A stretch of 64,000 nucleotides of DNA. Origin: Negaprion brevirostris (taxonomy: Eukaryota). How positions within the stretch are numbered: the stretch's first letter is position 1; each line of letters opens with the position of its first letter. Under the pieces are notes generated by a model, which was not told the DNA's origin, did no database searches, and saw nothing but the letters and a program-made list of their open reading frames with translations. Positions 63,456 to 64,000 of the stretch are shown in pieces. The translations under genes were made by a program, and so were the position numbers. The stretch spans positions 19,064,603 through 19,128,602 of the forward strand of contig JARDVH010000110.1 in the NCBI GenBank assembly GCA_030324005.1, written 5' to 3'.

Positions 63456-64000
63456 ATGTACATTCCAACTATGTAATATGCATGATAACATAGTCCTCGC
63501 TCTATTTGCAGAGTCTTCTCTGTTTCTTTTTAACTTTTTGCCTTGCAACAACCTCTGGTCACACAGGGCATTTCTTGGAAGCAAAATGCCTACCAGAAAG
63601 TCCAATTGCATCCTTTTCAGAATACTCTTCAGTTTCACTTTGGAATTAAAGAGCATTCACAAAAAAAGTAAGCTTTTTCCCCAAAGCCAAAGGATCATCA
63701 CATTATGCTGACTGGAATCACCCACAATGAGCTGCAGCATCCTCTAGTTTAATTGTGGAAAAATCAAAGTCATTGTCTTCAGACCCCATCACGAAATCAA
63801 TACCCTCACCACTTACTCCATCCACCTGTCTGCCATTGTCTCAGGCTGAACCAGGTTCTTCACCACTTGATATTGATTGAATTTCTAATCCTAGATGACA
63901 AAGAGCACCTAATTCCAAAATTGTAGCACCACCGGTCTCTGCCCTGCTTCAGCAGAAATATGAGTGAGACTTTCATCAATGCCTTGTTACCGCCAGAGTT

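Noticed and set aside
46005-64000. SNORA74/U19 snoRNA expected from the human SNHG4-MATR3 arrangement
   Set aside because: No convincing match to recalled U19 motifs found by eye; the gggtgcaaa-like stretch near 48790 lacks the terminal ACA. An Infernal search would be needed.

Overview
Vertebrate genomic DNA, most likely a cartilaginous fish (shark), judged from HE1/V-SINEs, CR1 LINEs and Penelope-type repeats. It is a draft scaffold with several 100-N gaps. The window holds one complete protein-coding gene on the minus strand, matrin-3 (MATR3). It has a CpG-island promoter at ~54.95-55.56 kb, 14 coding exons that I spliced by hand with consistent GT-AG sites and phases (ATG 45831, TGA 10781, ~936 aa: IDR-ZnF1-RRM1-RRM2-acidic IDR-ZnF2), and a ~2.3 kb 3'UTR. 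The flanks and several introns are filled with decayed retroelements (Gypsy pol, CR1, L2, Rex-Babar, Penelope, V-SINEs). Most interesting: (1) an intact, orphan axonemal-dynein (DNAH8-like) exon with its own splice sites inside MATR3 intron 10, either a captured genomic fragment or a repeat-mediated mis-join; (2) several candidate poison/cassette exons, mainly in the repeat-poor intron 2, one carrying an overlapping stop/start (AUGA) in a hairpin that reopens the exon-3 frame; (3) RBM20-like RSRSP and VTVDEVG motifs present while the PTBP1-binding GILGPPP motif is absent; (4) a Penelope terminal-repeat palindrome with hammerhead-ribozyme cores. Homologies are from recalled sequences, not database searches, and all alternative exons are unvalidated predictions.
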